Position numbers and translations under genes: made by a program | In this document: positions 9,451-18,265 of the stretch, piece after piece | Layout: every line of letters starts with the position of its first letter | Position numbering within the stretch: position 1 is the stretch's first letter | Assembly: GCA_000092065.1 (NCBI GenBank) | Contig: CP000591.1 | Length of the DNA: 64,000 bases | From: Ostreococcus lucimarinus | Taxonomy: Eukaryota | Strand: one strand, 5' to 3' | Notes under the pieces: generated by a model | Told to the model about the DNA's origin: nothing | Seen by the model: the letters and a program-made list of their open reading frames with translations, nothing else | Databases searched by the model: none

Positions 9451-10440
9451 ATGGCGTCGATGCGACCGCTAGAAGCGCGCTCGCCGGACGTCGATCGCGC
9501 GAACGCGGCGCTGGAGCGGGAAATCGCGGCGCTGCAAAGACAGTCCGCGACGGCGACGACGCCGTCGTCGAAAGCGACGCCGTCGAACGACGCCGTCGTC
9601 GAGCGATCGCGCGCGAGGGTGCGCGCGCTCGAACGCGAGCTCGCGCTGGCGAACGAAGAGCGCGAGCGCGAGCGGGAGATGTGGATTTCGAGGTGCGAAC
9701 GGCAGGCGACGGAGCTTCGAGCGCTCGCGGCGAGCGCGGAGTCGCGAGCGCGAATCGCGAGCGAGGACGCCGAGGCGGCGATGCTCGAGCGAGATGAGAT
9801 TTTGAGAGAATTGAAAGCGTTGCGCGCGGAGGCGGCGAGACGGGCGATGCAGGACGCGGAGATTGAGCTGGAACGAGCGGCGTTCGCGAACGCGAAACGT
9901 TTCGCGGACGCGCGAACGATGAGACGCGCGCTCGTTCGGTGGATCGAAGGGTGCGTGTTCAACATCGCGGCTCGGCATGTGATTCAAAAGATGGACGTGA
10001 GACGAAAGCGAGATACGCTGATGGAGTGGCGCGATGCGGCGGCGTTTGAGCGACGCCTCCGCGAGACGCGTGCGCGCGGCGACCTTCGTCTCGCCGCGCG
10101 CGTGTTTCGACATTGGAGTTTGTTCGTGGAGGTCAGTGGAATGTGTGAGCGCTCTCGTCTCGCGCGCGCGCTAGCGCGGTGGAAATCATACGACGCGACG
10201 GATGAGGGTACATTAGATGACGTCGAGATACCGTCGATGCGAGAAAAGTATCTCGCGCTAGTCAATCGCGTCCGGCGGAGAGAAATCATGCGCGGCGCCT
10301 TCACCGCGTGGATAGTCGTGTTAGCGAACGCGAAGAGCGCGCGCGCACTGGCGATGGAAATTCTGCGCGATCGTGAGCGCGGCGAGGTGCGGTCGTCGCT
10401 CGCGAAATTAAAGGCGCGTCGCGTGGGCGCGATAGAATAG
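9451..10440 (+). CDS. Coiled-coil protein with Sfi1-like Trp-containing repeats (possible centrin-binding / basal-body protein).
   Basis: Internal ATG (aa 23) of ORF 9385..10440. Heptad-rich (ALEREIAALQRQ..., ELALANEERERE). Repeated A..[FL]..W spacing about every 23-33 aa (LVRWIEGCVF, LMEWRDAAAF, VFRHWSLFVE, LARWKSYD, FTAWIVVL). Weak motif-level call. Confidence 0.4.
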   Translation: MASMRPLEARSPDVDRANAALEREIAALQRQSATATTPSSKATPSNDAVVERSRARVRALERELALANEEREREREMWISRCERQATELRALAASAESRARIASEDAEAAMLERDEILRELKALRAEAARRAMQDAEIELERAAFANAKRFADARTMRRALVRWIEGCVFNIAARHVIQKMDVRRKRDTLMEWRDAAAFERRLRETRARGDLRLAARVFRHWSLFVEVSGMCERSRLARALARWKSYDATDEGTLDDVEIPSMREKYLALVNRVRRREIMRGAFTAWIVVLANAKSARALAMEILRDRERGEVRSSLAKLKARRVGAIE

Positions 10441-10522
10441 CCGATTAGTCGCGACGGAACTGCTTGTCGTTTATTTAACATAAGAATTGTTGCTCTACTG
10501 CGCAGCTTTCACGTGCGGCACC

Positions 10523-11521
10523 TCACGCGCGCGAGAAACCGCCGGCCGTTTCAATGAGACGCTTGGGTCTGTTCAACGTGCACTTCGTGCCGCAGGCGGA
10601 GCACTTGTGTTCAAACGTCTCCGCGGGCGACTCGCCGCCAAAGAATTGCTTGATCGGCATCTCGCAGCACGGGCATGCCCCGATCAAGATTTCAGCGTTT
10701 TGCAGGTTGGTGTAGTTGACTAACTTGTACGTCAAGCCCGCGCAAAGCGTCGCCGCGAACCCGAGCGAAAGGCCCGAGGGAACGTGCACGCCGAAAAAGC
10801 CGAGCAAGATGCTCGGAGACAATCCGAGCAACAACGGGACCGTGGCGAGCGCGGCGTACATGGTAAAGACCCCACTCGTGTCGGAGATGAGTTCCGTGCT
10901 CGTCTGCGACAACGTGCACGTCGCACCCTTCATGCCCACCTCGATTCCTAACTTTTTCATCTCCGCTCCCAAGAGTTCAAACTCCGCCTCGTCGAGGAGT
11001 TCCTTCCCCTTGGTGTAGAGCAACAGCGCAGTCACGTCCGTGCGCTTGCCTTCCGCCTTCACTCGTCGCTTCAACTCTTCGTACTTGTCGTCGTCCACGA
11101 CCGATTCCCCTCGCGAGTAAGAAATCGCCGCTTGCACGAATTCAATCTCATACCTTCGCAGCGTCGGGAACCCGCTCCCTTGCCAATTCAACTCCTCTCT
11201 CAATCGATCGTAATCCTCGTCGCTCAGCGTGAACTTACCACCGTTATAGTAATTCCACAGCGCGTCGACGTACATGAGCTCGAGATCGGCCAGCGAGCAC
11301 GAGCTCGGGTCGTCGATCGAGCACGAGACGCCGATGTCGGGGTTCACGTTGCTCCCTTCGCTCTTCATCACGATCTTTTGCGCCCGCGCACCGCCTTCGC
11401 GTCCGCCTCTGCGCATCACCACCGCGACGCGCGTTTCACGCATAGTCGCGCCGCGTCGCAAGCGCGTTTGACGCGCTGAAGCGCGCGTCAGCGTCGGCAT
11501 CTTGCTCGACGTCGTCATCAT
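10523..11521 (-). CDS. PGRL1: PGR5-like protein 1 (PGRL1), chloroplast cyclic-electron-flow protein
   Basis: ADLELMYVDALWNYYNGGKFTLSDEDYDRLREELNWQGS...FVQAAISYSRGESVVDDDKYEELKRRVKAEG aligns by eye with Arabidopsis PGRL1A (MEQEFLQALQSFYYDGKAIMSNEEFDNLKEELMWEGS...FLEASMAYVSGNPILNDEEYDKLK). Two TM helices and C-terminal Cys pairs (GACPCC...KCSACGT versus GPCPNCG...KCTNCGT). The track start at 11707 is GTG, so I moved the start to the first ATG (MMTTSS). The N-terminus is transit-peptide-like. Confidence 0.8.
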   Translation of the reverse strand: MMTTSSKMPTLTRASARQTRLRRGATMRETRVAVVMRRGGREGGARAQKIVMKSEGSNVNPDIGVSCSIDDPSSCSLADLELMYVDALWNYYNGGKFTLSDEDYDRLREELNWQGSGFPTLRRYEIEFVQAAISYSRGESVVDDDKYEELKRRVKAEGKRTDVTALLLYTKGKELLDEAEFELLGAEMKKLGIEVGMKGATCTLSQTSTELISDTSGVFTMYAALATVPLLLGLSPSILLGFFGVHVPSGLSLGFAATLCAGLTYKLVNYTNLQNAEILIGACPCCEMPIKQFFGGESPAETFEHKCSACGTKCTLNRPKRLIETAGGFSRA

Positions 11522-11897
11522 GGCGTCGGATCTCGTCGCGCGACTTTTCGTCGTTCGCGTCGCTCGCGCGCGTCGATTCGCGCGTCGGTTCGCGGCGTCG
11601 AGGCGTTCGGGCGCGTGCGCGTTCGATCGCGCGCGTCGTGCGTGCGCGCGCGCGTCGCGTCGGCGTGTGCGGGACAGATCGCGACGGCCGGATAAACAAG
11701 CCCCCACGTGCCCGTAGGGTTTGGGCGCGCGAAGGCGGACGGCGTGAAGCGCGACGAGCGCGTCGCGTTACAACTGGAAACTAAACGTGATTGGGAGCGA
11801 AACGCTCGATGGAACGAATGCGGATCATGCGACGACGACGACGTCGCGCGAGGGCGGGCGAACGGGCGGAGACGGGGGACGAGCGGCGGCGAGGAGG

Positions 11898-12596
11898 TCA
11901 CGCGCCGCCGTCGGCGGGATCGGCCGGCGGCGGCGCCGGCGGCGGCGCGCCCAGGACGTTTGGAAACCCCGGAACGCCCGGAAATCCCGGGAACACGGGA
12001 GGCATGGCGATCGCGGCGCCGAGCGCGGGCATATGATCCGCGTCGCCGCCGTCGCCGGGCTCTCGCGGGACTATGTCGACGAGAAAGTCGAAAATATCTG
12101 TCTTCGTGATCGCCGCCGCGACGTCGCTGCGTTGTAAAGTCCGCCGCTTATTCTCCTGCGCGTGCGCCCACGCGCGAGTGGTGAGCTCTAGAACGAACAT
12201 CTCGCACGCCTTGGCGAAGAGCACGGGCGCCTCGCTCGAAATCATCCGCACGTCCTCGTCGCTCTTCATAATCTTTTTAATCCTCGCCAGCGGTAACAAA
12301 TGATTCTTAAAATCGTTCGTCTGTTGAATCTCGATCATCATTTCCCTCCAGAACTGTCTCAACGCCACCTGTTGCGCCGCGTACGCGGGATTCGCCGCCG
12401 CCTGTGCCGCGTTCATCGCCACCGCGTGCGCGATTTGCGCTTGATGTTGCCGCAACTGCGCGCCGTACTGCTCTTGAAACTGTTCCGGCGTCAGCACCGG
12501 CGCCCCCGGCGGCGGTGCGAACGGCAGCGCCACGCCAGGGATTCCATGATACGTCGGCACGTTCGGGTGTTCGTTCGATCCGGGCGCGCCGCTCAT
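11898..12596 (-). CDS. NFYC: Nuclear transcription factor Y subunit gamma (NF-YC / HAP5), histone-fold
   Basis: [78 protein letters not shown] is the canonical NF-YC histone-fold core. Gln/Ala-rich N-terminus and Pro-rich C-terminus. ATG at 12596 checked. Confidence 0.85.
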   Translation of the reverse strand: MSGAPGSNEHPNVPTYHGIPGVALPFAPPPGAPVLTPEQFQEQYGAQLRQHQAQIAHAVAMNAAQAAANPAYAAQQVALRQFWREMMIEIQQTNDFKNHLLPLARIKKIMKSDEDVRMISSEAPVLFAKACEMFVLELTTRAWAHAQENKRRTLQRSDVAAAITKTDIFDFLVDIVPREPGDGGDADHMPALGAAIAMPPVFPGFPGVPGFPNVLGAPPPAPPPADPADGGA

Positions 12597-13053
12597 CTGC
12601 GTCGTCGTTTCGCCCGCGTTCGCGTCGTCGTCAGTCTCGCGCCTAACCGCCGCGGTCGATCATCATCTCCGCGTCCCTCACGCGCCCGTCCGAGCGCCGC
12701 TCGCGCCGCCGCTTCCCTCACCGCGCGCGCGCGAAACCTTACGCCTTCGCCTTTCGCGCGCGCGCGCCTCGCGCGCGTCGAATCGCGCGTCGAATCGCGT
12801 CACTCTCCCTCGCGCGCGACGATTCTCGTTCGAACGCGCGACGACCGCGTTCGTCTCGTCGCGCGTCGTCGCGCGTCGCGCGCGCGCGACCGCGCGACGC
12901 ACCTCGCGGACCGTCGCTCGCGCGCGTCGCTCGCGTGCGCGAGGCGATCGTTCGCGCGCCCGCGACGCGCGTCGTCGAGTGCGGCGCGGCGCGGTCGACC
13001 GAGGGCGACGACGCGGCGCGCGCGTCGAGACGAACGCGCTCGCGACGCGCGCG

Positions 13054-13488
13054 ATGCGGTGGACGATTTTATTCGTCGCGATCGCGGCGCGCGCGATCGG
13101 CGCGGGCGCGAGCGCGGACGGACGGTTCGAGGCGGCGCTCGCGCTCGCGCGGCGGTTGGCGCGAAGCGTCGGCGGCGGCGACGACGAGAGGATCGCGCCG
13201 GTGAACGGACGCCTGTACGACGTGTTCGGCGTCGTCGCGGTGCCGAAGTGCTTTCCGAGATGCGCGGCGGCGGACGCGCCGAGGCCGGAGGTTCGAGAGA
13301 CGTGGGCGGCGACGCGCGACGATTTGCTCGCGTCGGCGCCGAACGAAATCGAGGCGGCCGTCGAACGATTTTTGTCGCGCTTCGAGACGGCGAAGGAACC
13401 GACGGGCGCGCACGGGGACGCGCTGTTGGTGAACGACGAGCGCGTGCGCGCGTTTTTTGCCGACGCGGTGGACGTTGAGAGTGTCTAG
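13054..13488 (+). CDS. Hypothetical small secreted protein (signal-peptide-like N-terminus).
   Basis: Internal ATG (aa 26) of ORF 12979..13488, followed by the hydrophobic MRWTILFVAIAARAIGAGASA and a conserved-looking acidic C-terminus. No recognisable domain. Confidence 0.3.
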   Translation: MRWTILFVAIAARAIGAGASADGRFEAALALARRLARSVGGGDDERIAPVNGRLYDVFGVVAVPKCFPRCAAADAPRPEVRETWAATRDDLLASAPNEIEAAVERFLSRFETAKEPTGAHGDALLVNDERVRAFFADAVDVESV

Positions 13489-13498
13489 AGGGTGCGAA

Positions 13499-15316
13499 TT
13501 AAATTTCTCCGTTTCGCGCGTCCTTGGGCGCGCGCCTCGAGCGATTTTTTCTGCCGCCGGAGCCCGACGCGCGCGAGGCGTGCCGCTGAACGCGCGGGTG
13601 TCCACCGCCGGCGACGGGAGCGTTCGCGACCGACGACAAGTCTTCGGTGGAGCCGAATTCGGCGCCTAGACTGGATGGTAAATCTCCCAAGCGTTCCGCC
13701 AGGTGCGAGACGTCCGCCGCCGCGCCGTACGTACCCGTGGCGTTTATGTCAAACGGCGCGTTCGCGGGAACGGTGACCGGCGCTTGATACGGATACGATG
13801 CGGCCGCGGACGCCGACGCGTCGGAGGCGGCCGACGCGGCTTCTTGCGTCCACGTCGCCGACGGCGGCGCGCTCGCGTAGCCGTAGTATCCGCTGTAACC
13901 GGCGGGATACCCCGCCGCGAACGTCGGGAACAATCCCGAGCCGTCGGCGAACGCCATTCCATACGCCGGCACGGCGCCTTCGACCGACGCGCCGTAGCCT
14001 CCGCCGTACTGTGAGCCGACCCAGTCGTTGTAGTTTGCCGCGGGCGGCGGCGCGTTTTTCATCCGCGACGCCGCCGTTTTATCCGAATCATTTTTCGACG
14101 ATCGCAGCACCCGGCGCTCTTCGCGCTCGCGAACGCGACGCCCACCGCGCTTTTTCCGCGCCTTATCTTCGCTCTCGGTCTCGTCCATTCGCTCGTCCGA
14201 CTCCGCGTCCTCGACCGGCGGCGGCGGTTTCCTGCGCAACACCATCGGCGCGGTGGCGCCGCGCGATTGCAACCAATCGCTCCCCGGCGTGTCGACCACG
14301 CGCGCGTCCTTCTCGCTCACGCTCTCATCCGGGGCGTTTCTCGCGGCGAGCAACGCCGACGATGGCAAAATCTTCGGCGGCGCGCGAGGATCGAATTTCT
14401 CGCGTCTCGCCGACGCCGTCGGCGGCGCCGCTTTCGCCCCCCCGCGCGTCTCGCGCACCGTTTCGCCGCGCGATCGCGCCCTTTCCGCCATCACGCGCGC
14501 GATTTCATCCTCGTACGCCGCGCGCGCTTCCGCGCTCGCGTCGTCGTCGTCTTCGTCTTCGCCGTCGTCCGCGCCCGCGCCTTCGTCTCGCCGCGGCGTC
14601 ATCCCCGGAATCGTCCCATCGCTCCCGATCCCTCCCTCGCGCGGCCGCGCGAGCACGCGCGGCGCGTACCCCTCTGCTCCTTTCCTCTGCCCTCGCCGCG
14701 CCGTCCCCGCCGCGCCTCCGAGCCCTCGTCCGCGTTCGTCCTCCGCCGGCGACGGCCCGACGTACCGCTCGTCCTCATCCTCCCGCGTCGTCCCCGCGCG
14801 TCGCCGCGCGCTCGCGTCGCCGTCCACGTACCGTCGCACCGCGCCCACGACCTCTCGCGCCACCCCTCGCGCGTCGTCGTCGTCGTCGTCTCGCGCTCGC
14901 GTCGTCCGTCCCCACGTCGCGCCCGCCGCGCGCAGCGTCTCCCGTTCGCCGTCGCTCTCCCGCGCCTCGCGCGCGTCGTCGCCCCACGTCCGCGCGCTCG
15001 CGAACGTCGTCGTCGTCGTCGTCGCGCTCGCGCCGGTCTCCTTGCGCACGCTCGGCAGCGCGACGGGCGCGAACACGGCGACGCGCTGCCGATGATGATT
15101 CGTCGTCGTCGCGCGCGCGCCCGCGCCGCGCGCGCCGCGCCCGCGCGCGCCCGCGACGCCGGCGCCGCGCCCGCGCGCGCTCGTTCGCGCGCGATCGTCG
15201 CGCTCGCGCGACATGACGCGACGAAGCGCGCGACGACGACGCGACGACGCGATGTGCCGCACATCGCGATGCGCGACGACGACGACGACGACGCGTGGAG
15301 CGACGACGACGCGCAT
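13499..15316 (-). CDS. Hypothetical low-complexity protein (acidic/Arg-rich, Tyr/Gly-rich C-terminus, possible basic region).
   Basis: 605-aa ORF starting at a true ATG. The C-terminus NYNDWVGSQYGGGYGASVEGAVPAYGMAF...GYPAGYSGYYGYASAPPS looks like a genuine low-complexity protein rather than a shadow frame. The basic stretch KARKKRGGRRVREREERRVLR is noted. The two overlapping plus-strand ORFs are Arg/Pro/Ser shadow frames. Confidence 0.35.
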   Translation of the reverse strand: MRVVVAPRVVVVVVAHRDVRHIASSRRRRALRRVMSRERDDRARTSARGRGAGVAGARGRGARGAGARATTTNHHRQRVAVFAPVALPSVRKETGASATTTTTTFASARTWGDDAREARESDGERETLRAAGATWGRTTRARDDDDDDARGVAREVVGAVRRYVDGDASARRRAGTTREDEDERYVGPSPAEDERGRGLGGAAGTARRGQRKGAEGYAPRVLARPREGGIGSDGTIPGMTPRRDEGAGADDGEDEDDDDASAEARAAYEDEIARVMAERARSRGETVRETRGGAKAAPPTASARREKFDPRAPPKILPSSALLAARNAPDESVSEKDARVVDTPGSDWLQSRGATAPMVLRRKPPPPVEDAESDERMDETESEDKARKKRGGRRVREREERRVLRSSKNDSDKTAASRMKNAPPPAANYNDWVGSQYGGGYGASVEGAVPAYGMAFADGSGLFPTFAAGYPAGYSGYYGYASAPPSATWTQEAASAASDASASAAASYPYQAPVTVPANAPFDINATGTYGAAADVSHLAERLGDLPSSLGAEFGSTEDLSSVANAPVAGGGHPRVQRHASRASGSGGRKNRSRRAPKDARNGEI

Positions 15317-16138
15317 CGCGCGACGCTCGACGACGGCGACGACGGGTGGGGACGCGCGGGCGCGCGCGCGTCGACGCGCGATTCGTGGGACGACGACGAC
15401 GACGACGACGACGAAGACGACGGGACGACGACGACGACGACGCGGGACGCGGCGCGGTGCTCGAGCGAGGACGACGACGACGACGACGACGACGAATTGA
15501 TGGACGACGATGCGTTGGCGCGACCGGCGGTGTTCGTGGAGGCGGAGCGACGGGCGAGCGCGGAGGCGGAGCGACGCGCGCGCGAGGCGCGCGCTCGACG
15601 AGAAGAAGCAGAAGCGGAAGAAGAAGCAGAAGCAGAAGACGACGACGAGATAGATTCAGACGCGACGGACGACGAGGAAGCGTTCGATTGGCGCGCGGTG
15701 CGCGCGAACGGGGACGGGAACGACGGGACGACGGCGCGCGAGGTCGAGGCGGACGCGGAGGCGAGCGCGCGGCGGTCGGCGACGCTCCCGACGCGAAACC
15801 TCGCGAAGACGCAGCCGTGGCGCGCGCGGTTGCCGAATTTCACGCCCGTGCGCGAGCTTCCGCCGCAGAGTTTTCACGACGGCGAGCTCGTGTTCGTGGA
15901 TTACGAGGCCCAGTTCGGCGGGCCGCGGAGCGCGGCGTCGAAGGCGTTCGCGAGGCGCGAGGCGAGGGCGTTCGGCGGCGTCGGCGCGCGAGACCGCGCG
16001 GCGGCGTCGACCGCGCCGACCGCCGCCGTCCCGCGCTGGTTCACGGACGAGCGCGGTCGCAAAACCTTCGTCGACGCGCGCGGGAAATCGCTCGTGGGCA
16101 AAGCCGCGTACGCGGCGTCGCAAAGGCTTCGCGCGTGA
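15269..16138 (+). CDS. Hypothetical acidic protein (poly-Asp/poly-Thr tracts) with a conserved-looking C-terminal domain. Alternative start at 15500.
   Basis: Internal ATG of ORF 14267..16138. (GAC)n and (ACG)n tracts encode D-runs and T-runs. The C-terminus is not low-complexity: LPNFTPVRELPPQSFHDGELVFVDYEAQFGGPRS...PRWFTDERGRKTFVDARGKSLVGKAAYAASQRL. Confidence 0.35.
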   Translation: MRDDDDDDAWSDDDAHRATLDDGDDGWGRAGARASTRDSWDDDDDDDDEDDGTTTTTTRDAARCSSEDDDDDDDDELMDDDALARPAVFVEAERRASAEAERRAREARARREEAEAEEEAEAEDDDEIDSDATDDEEAFDWRAVRANGDGNDGTTAREVEADAEASARRSATLPTRNLAKTQPWRARLPNFTPVRELPPQSFHDGELVFVDYEAQFGGPRSAASKAFARREARAFGGVGARDRAAASTAPTAAVPRWFTDERGRKTFVDARGKSLVGKAAYAASQRLRA

Positions 16139-16208
16139 CGCCGCGAGCCGAGCGTTCGACCGATCGACGCGCGCCGTCGTCGCGCGAGCGCAAACCTCCG
16201 CGCGCGCG

Positions 16209-16254
16209 TTCTCGTCTCGTCTCGTCTCGTCTCGTCTCTCATTCATTCATTCAA
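16209..16254. repeat. Microsatellite (TCTCG)5-6 followed by (ATTC)3 in a convergent intergenic / 3' UTR region.
   Basis: Seen directly: ttctcgtctcgtctcgtctcgtctcgtctctcattcattcattcaat. It is an AT-richer island between the 16138 stop (plus strand) and the RPB10 stop at 16367 (minus strand). Confidence 0.7.
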
Positions 16255-16366
16255 TATTCACACGCAAAAGTATTCCTACTAAAAACCCGCGCGTCGACCG
16301 CGCCGCGCTCGCCCCGCGCCCTAACGCGTCTCTTCGGTCTCTCGGTCGCCCGACGACTTCCGGCCC

Positions 16367-16582
16367 TCACGCGTCGTCCACGCGCTCGAGCGTGTTATAC
16401 CTCAGCAATTTCTCGATCAGATCGACGTGACACATCACCATTCGTCGACAGCAGTACCGATTCAGCCCGAGCGCGTCCAGCGCGTCGCGCTCGCTGTAGT
16501 CCGCCTGCAGCAGGTCGAGGTACGTGTCCCACTTGTTCCCGATCACCTTCCCGCACGTGAAGCATCGCACGGGAATGATCAT
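16367..16582 (-). CDS. RPB10: DNA-directed RNA polymerases I/II/III subunit RPABC5 (Rpb10/RpoN)
   Basis: Internal ATG (aa 81) of ORF 16367..16822. [67 protein letters not shown] is a near-exact match to the conserved 70-aa Rpb10 family (CxxC...CC zinc bundle). Confidence 0.9.
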   Translation of the reverse strand: MIIPVRCFTCGKVIGNKWDTYLDLLQADYSERDALDALGLNRYCCRRMVMCHVDLIEKLLRYNTLERVDDA

Positions 16583-16944
16583 CGCGCGTCGTCGCGGCGC
16601 GACGGACGGCGACCGCGCGCGCGACGACGCGTCGCGAAGTGCGATCGAGCGCGAGGCGGCGCGAATCGTCGACGACGCGATTCGCCCGCGCGTCGCCTCG
16701 CCGATGCGGGACGAGCGCGGGACGACGCGCGGGACCGAGCCCGCGCGCGTCGCGCGACCGGCGACGCGCTTGAGCGCGCGCGCGCGACCGCTGACGAAGG
16801 TTTTGAGGATCGAATTGATCAAGAGGCTCGATCGGTCGACGCGCGCGGTCGACGACGCGTTCGCGCGGTACGCGCGAAAGCTCGGGCGGTTGTTCGACGC
16901 GCCGGCGAACGGGAAGTGAGCGGACCGCGGCTCGACGACGTGCG

Positions 16945-18189
16945 ATGGAGGCGGACGACGCGGCGGCGGCGCGACGGCGAGGCGACGACGACGAAGCCGC
17001 GCGGCTGTACGCGGCGCGGCTGGGAGACGCGCGCGCGTCGTCGACGACGCACGTGCGGTACGCGCTCGCGGCGAAGGCGTGCGGACGCGCGGCGAGCGAC
17101 GCGGCGGCGTTCGAGGCGACGCTTCGTCAGGGACTCGAGCGAGCGATGCGCGAGGCGGCGGAGGACGGCGTCGAAGACGTCGGCCGGGACGCGCGCGCGC
17201 GCGCGATCGGAGGGCAGTTGGCGCTGAGTCTGTGTCAACGAGGGGCGAACGAAGACGCGAGCGATCTGTTGGAGTTTTTGGGGTACTCGCGAAGGCTTTC
17301 CGAGGAGGTGTTGAGGTACGCGGAGGAGGGCGCGCGCGAGCGAGCGCCGGAGGACGTCGCGCGCGTCTACGACGACGCGCTGGACGCGCGCGCGCTGCGG
17401 TTTCTCGGCGACGCGTTCGCGAGACGCGGCGCGTCGACGTTTTGGATCGAGCACGATTACTACGCGCCGGAGACTGGATTCTTTTCGTACGTGCACGACG
17501 TGCCGTCGCGGAGAGAGAATAAGATGGACGCCGTCGTGGACATGGTCAAAGACGTCGCGTCGCGCGCGTTTCCGGGCGTGAAACGCGCGAGGTACGCCGA
17601 GTGGTGGGCGCACTCGCGTCCGCACACCGACGGGCACCAACTCCACTTCGATTCGCACGACGAAGGGCTGGGCGAGGTGAGGCATCCGATTTGTTCCGCC
17701 GTCGTCTTCGTCGACGGATGTTGCGGCGGGCCGACGCTCGTGACGAATCAAAAGGACACGAGCGCCGAGCTCGCGAGCCGCGCGTGGCTCGTGTACCCCA
17801 AAACCGGGAGAGTCGCCGTTTTTAACGGCGACTATCTTCACGGCGTGGTTCCGGGACGCGTCGCGGACGACGGGTTCGATCCCGAGTTCGCGTCGCGCCG
17901 GCGAATCACGCTCATGATTTCGTTTTGGGAAGACACGGACGTGCACCACTCTTGGACGCCCGCGGGAAGCGCGCGACCGTTCCCTCCGCGAGACGCCCCG
18001 GGCGTCTCGTGGCGTTCGCGTTTCGATTTCGCCGCCGACGACGACTTCGCCGCCGAAGCCGCCGTCGGCGTGGAGGTCCTCCCCGTCGTCGTCGAGCGCC
18101 CGTGGGATCGCGTGCGCCGCGACGACGGCGACGACGACGACGACGCGTCCGCGCTCCCCGCCTACGACGACTGTTTTCAAGGCTTTTGA
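16945..18189 (+). CDS. 2-oxoglutarate/Fe(II)-dependent oxygenase superfamily protein (prolyl-hydroxylase-like fold) with an acidic C-terminal tail.
   Basis: True ATG at 16945. HxD...H facial-triad spacing: [10 protein letters not shown] ... [10 protein letters not shown], with the typical surrounding strands ([21 protein letters not shown]). The antisense ORF 16819..18366 is an Arg-rich shadow. Confidence 0.5.
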   Translation: MEADDAAAARRRGDDDEAARLYAARLGDARASSTTHVRYALAAKACGRAASDAAAFEATLRQGLERAMREAAEDGVEDVGRDARARAIGGQLALSLCQRGANEDASDLLEFLGYSRRLSEEVLRYAEEGARERAPEDVARVYDDALDARALRFLGDAFARRGASTFWIEHDYYAPETGFFSYVHDVPSRRENKMDAVVDMVKDVASRAFPGVKRARYAEWWAHSRPHTDGHQLHFDSHDEGLGEVRHPICSAVVFVDGCCGGPTLVTNQKDTSAELASRAWLVYPKTGRVAVFNGDYLHGVVPGRVADDGFDPEFASRRRITLMISFWEDTDVHHSWTPAGSARPFPPRDAPGVSWRSRFDFAADDDFAAEAAVGVEVLPVVVERPWDRVRRDDGDDDDDASALPAYDDCFQGF

Positions 18190-18200
18190 TTCGCTCGCGT

Positions 18201-18205
18201 TGTAA
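18201..18205 (+). promoter_or_regulatory. TGTAA, candidate poly(A) signal 12 nt after the oxygenase stop.
   Basis: tgattcgctcgcgtTGTAAcaaaaatc directly downstream of the stop at 18187-18189. Confidence 0.3.
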
Positions 18206-18265
18206 CAAAAATCAAACCAGCGCGCGAGCCGCCGCTCGACGTCACATCGCCCCGCGAGCGTCGAC

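Noticed and set aside
12300-13478. 392-aa plus-strand ORF ([14 protein letters not shown]...[18 protein letters not shown]...)
   Set aside because: Extreme Arg bias and no domain. It overlaps NF-YC antisense and the divergent promoter, and the real downstream gene starts at the internal ATG 13054 in another ORF. Typical GC-rich shadow frame.
13798-15216. 472-aa plus-strand ORF and the overlapping 14253..15095 (+) and 14599..15843 (-) ORFs
   Set aside because: Arg/Pro/Ser-only or Ser-only composition. These are alternate frames of the 13499..15316 (-) and 15269..16138 (+) genes.
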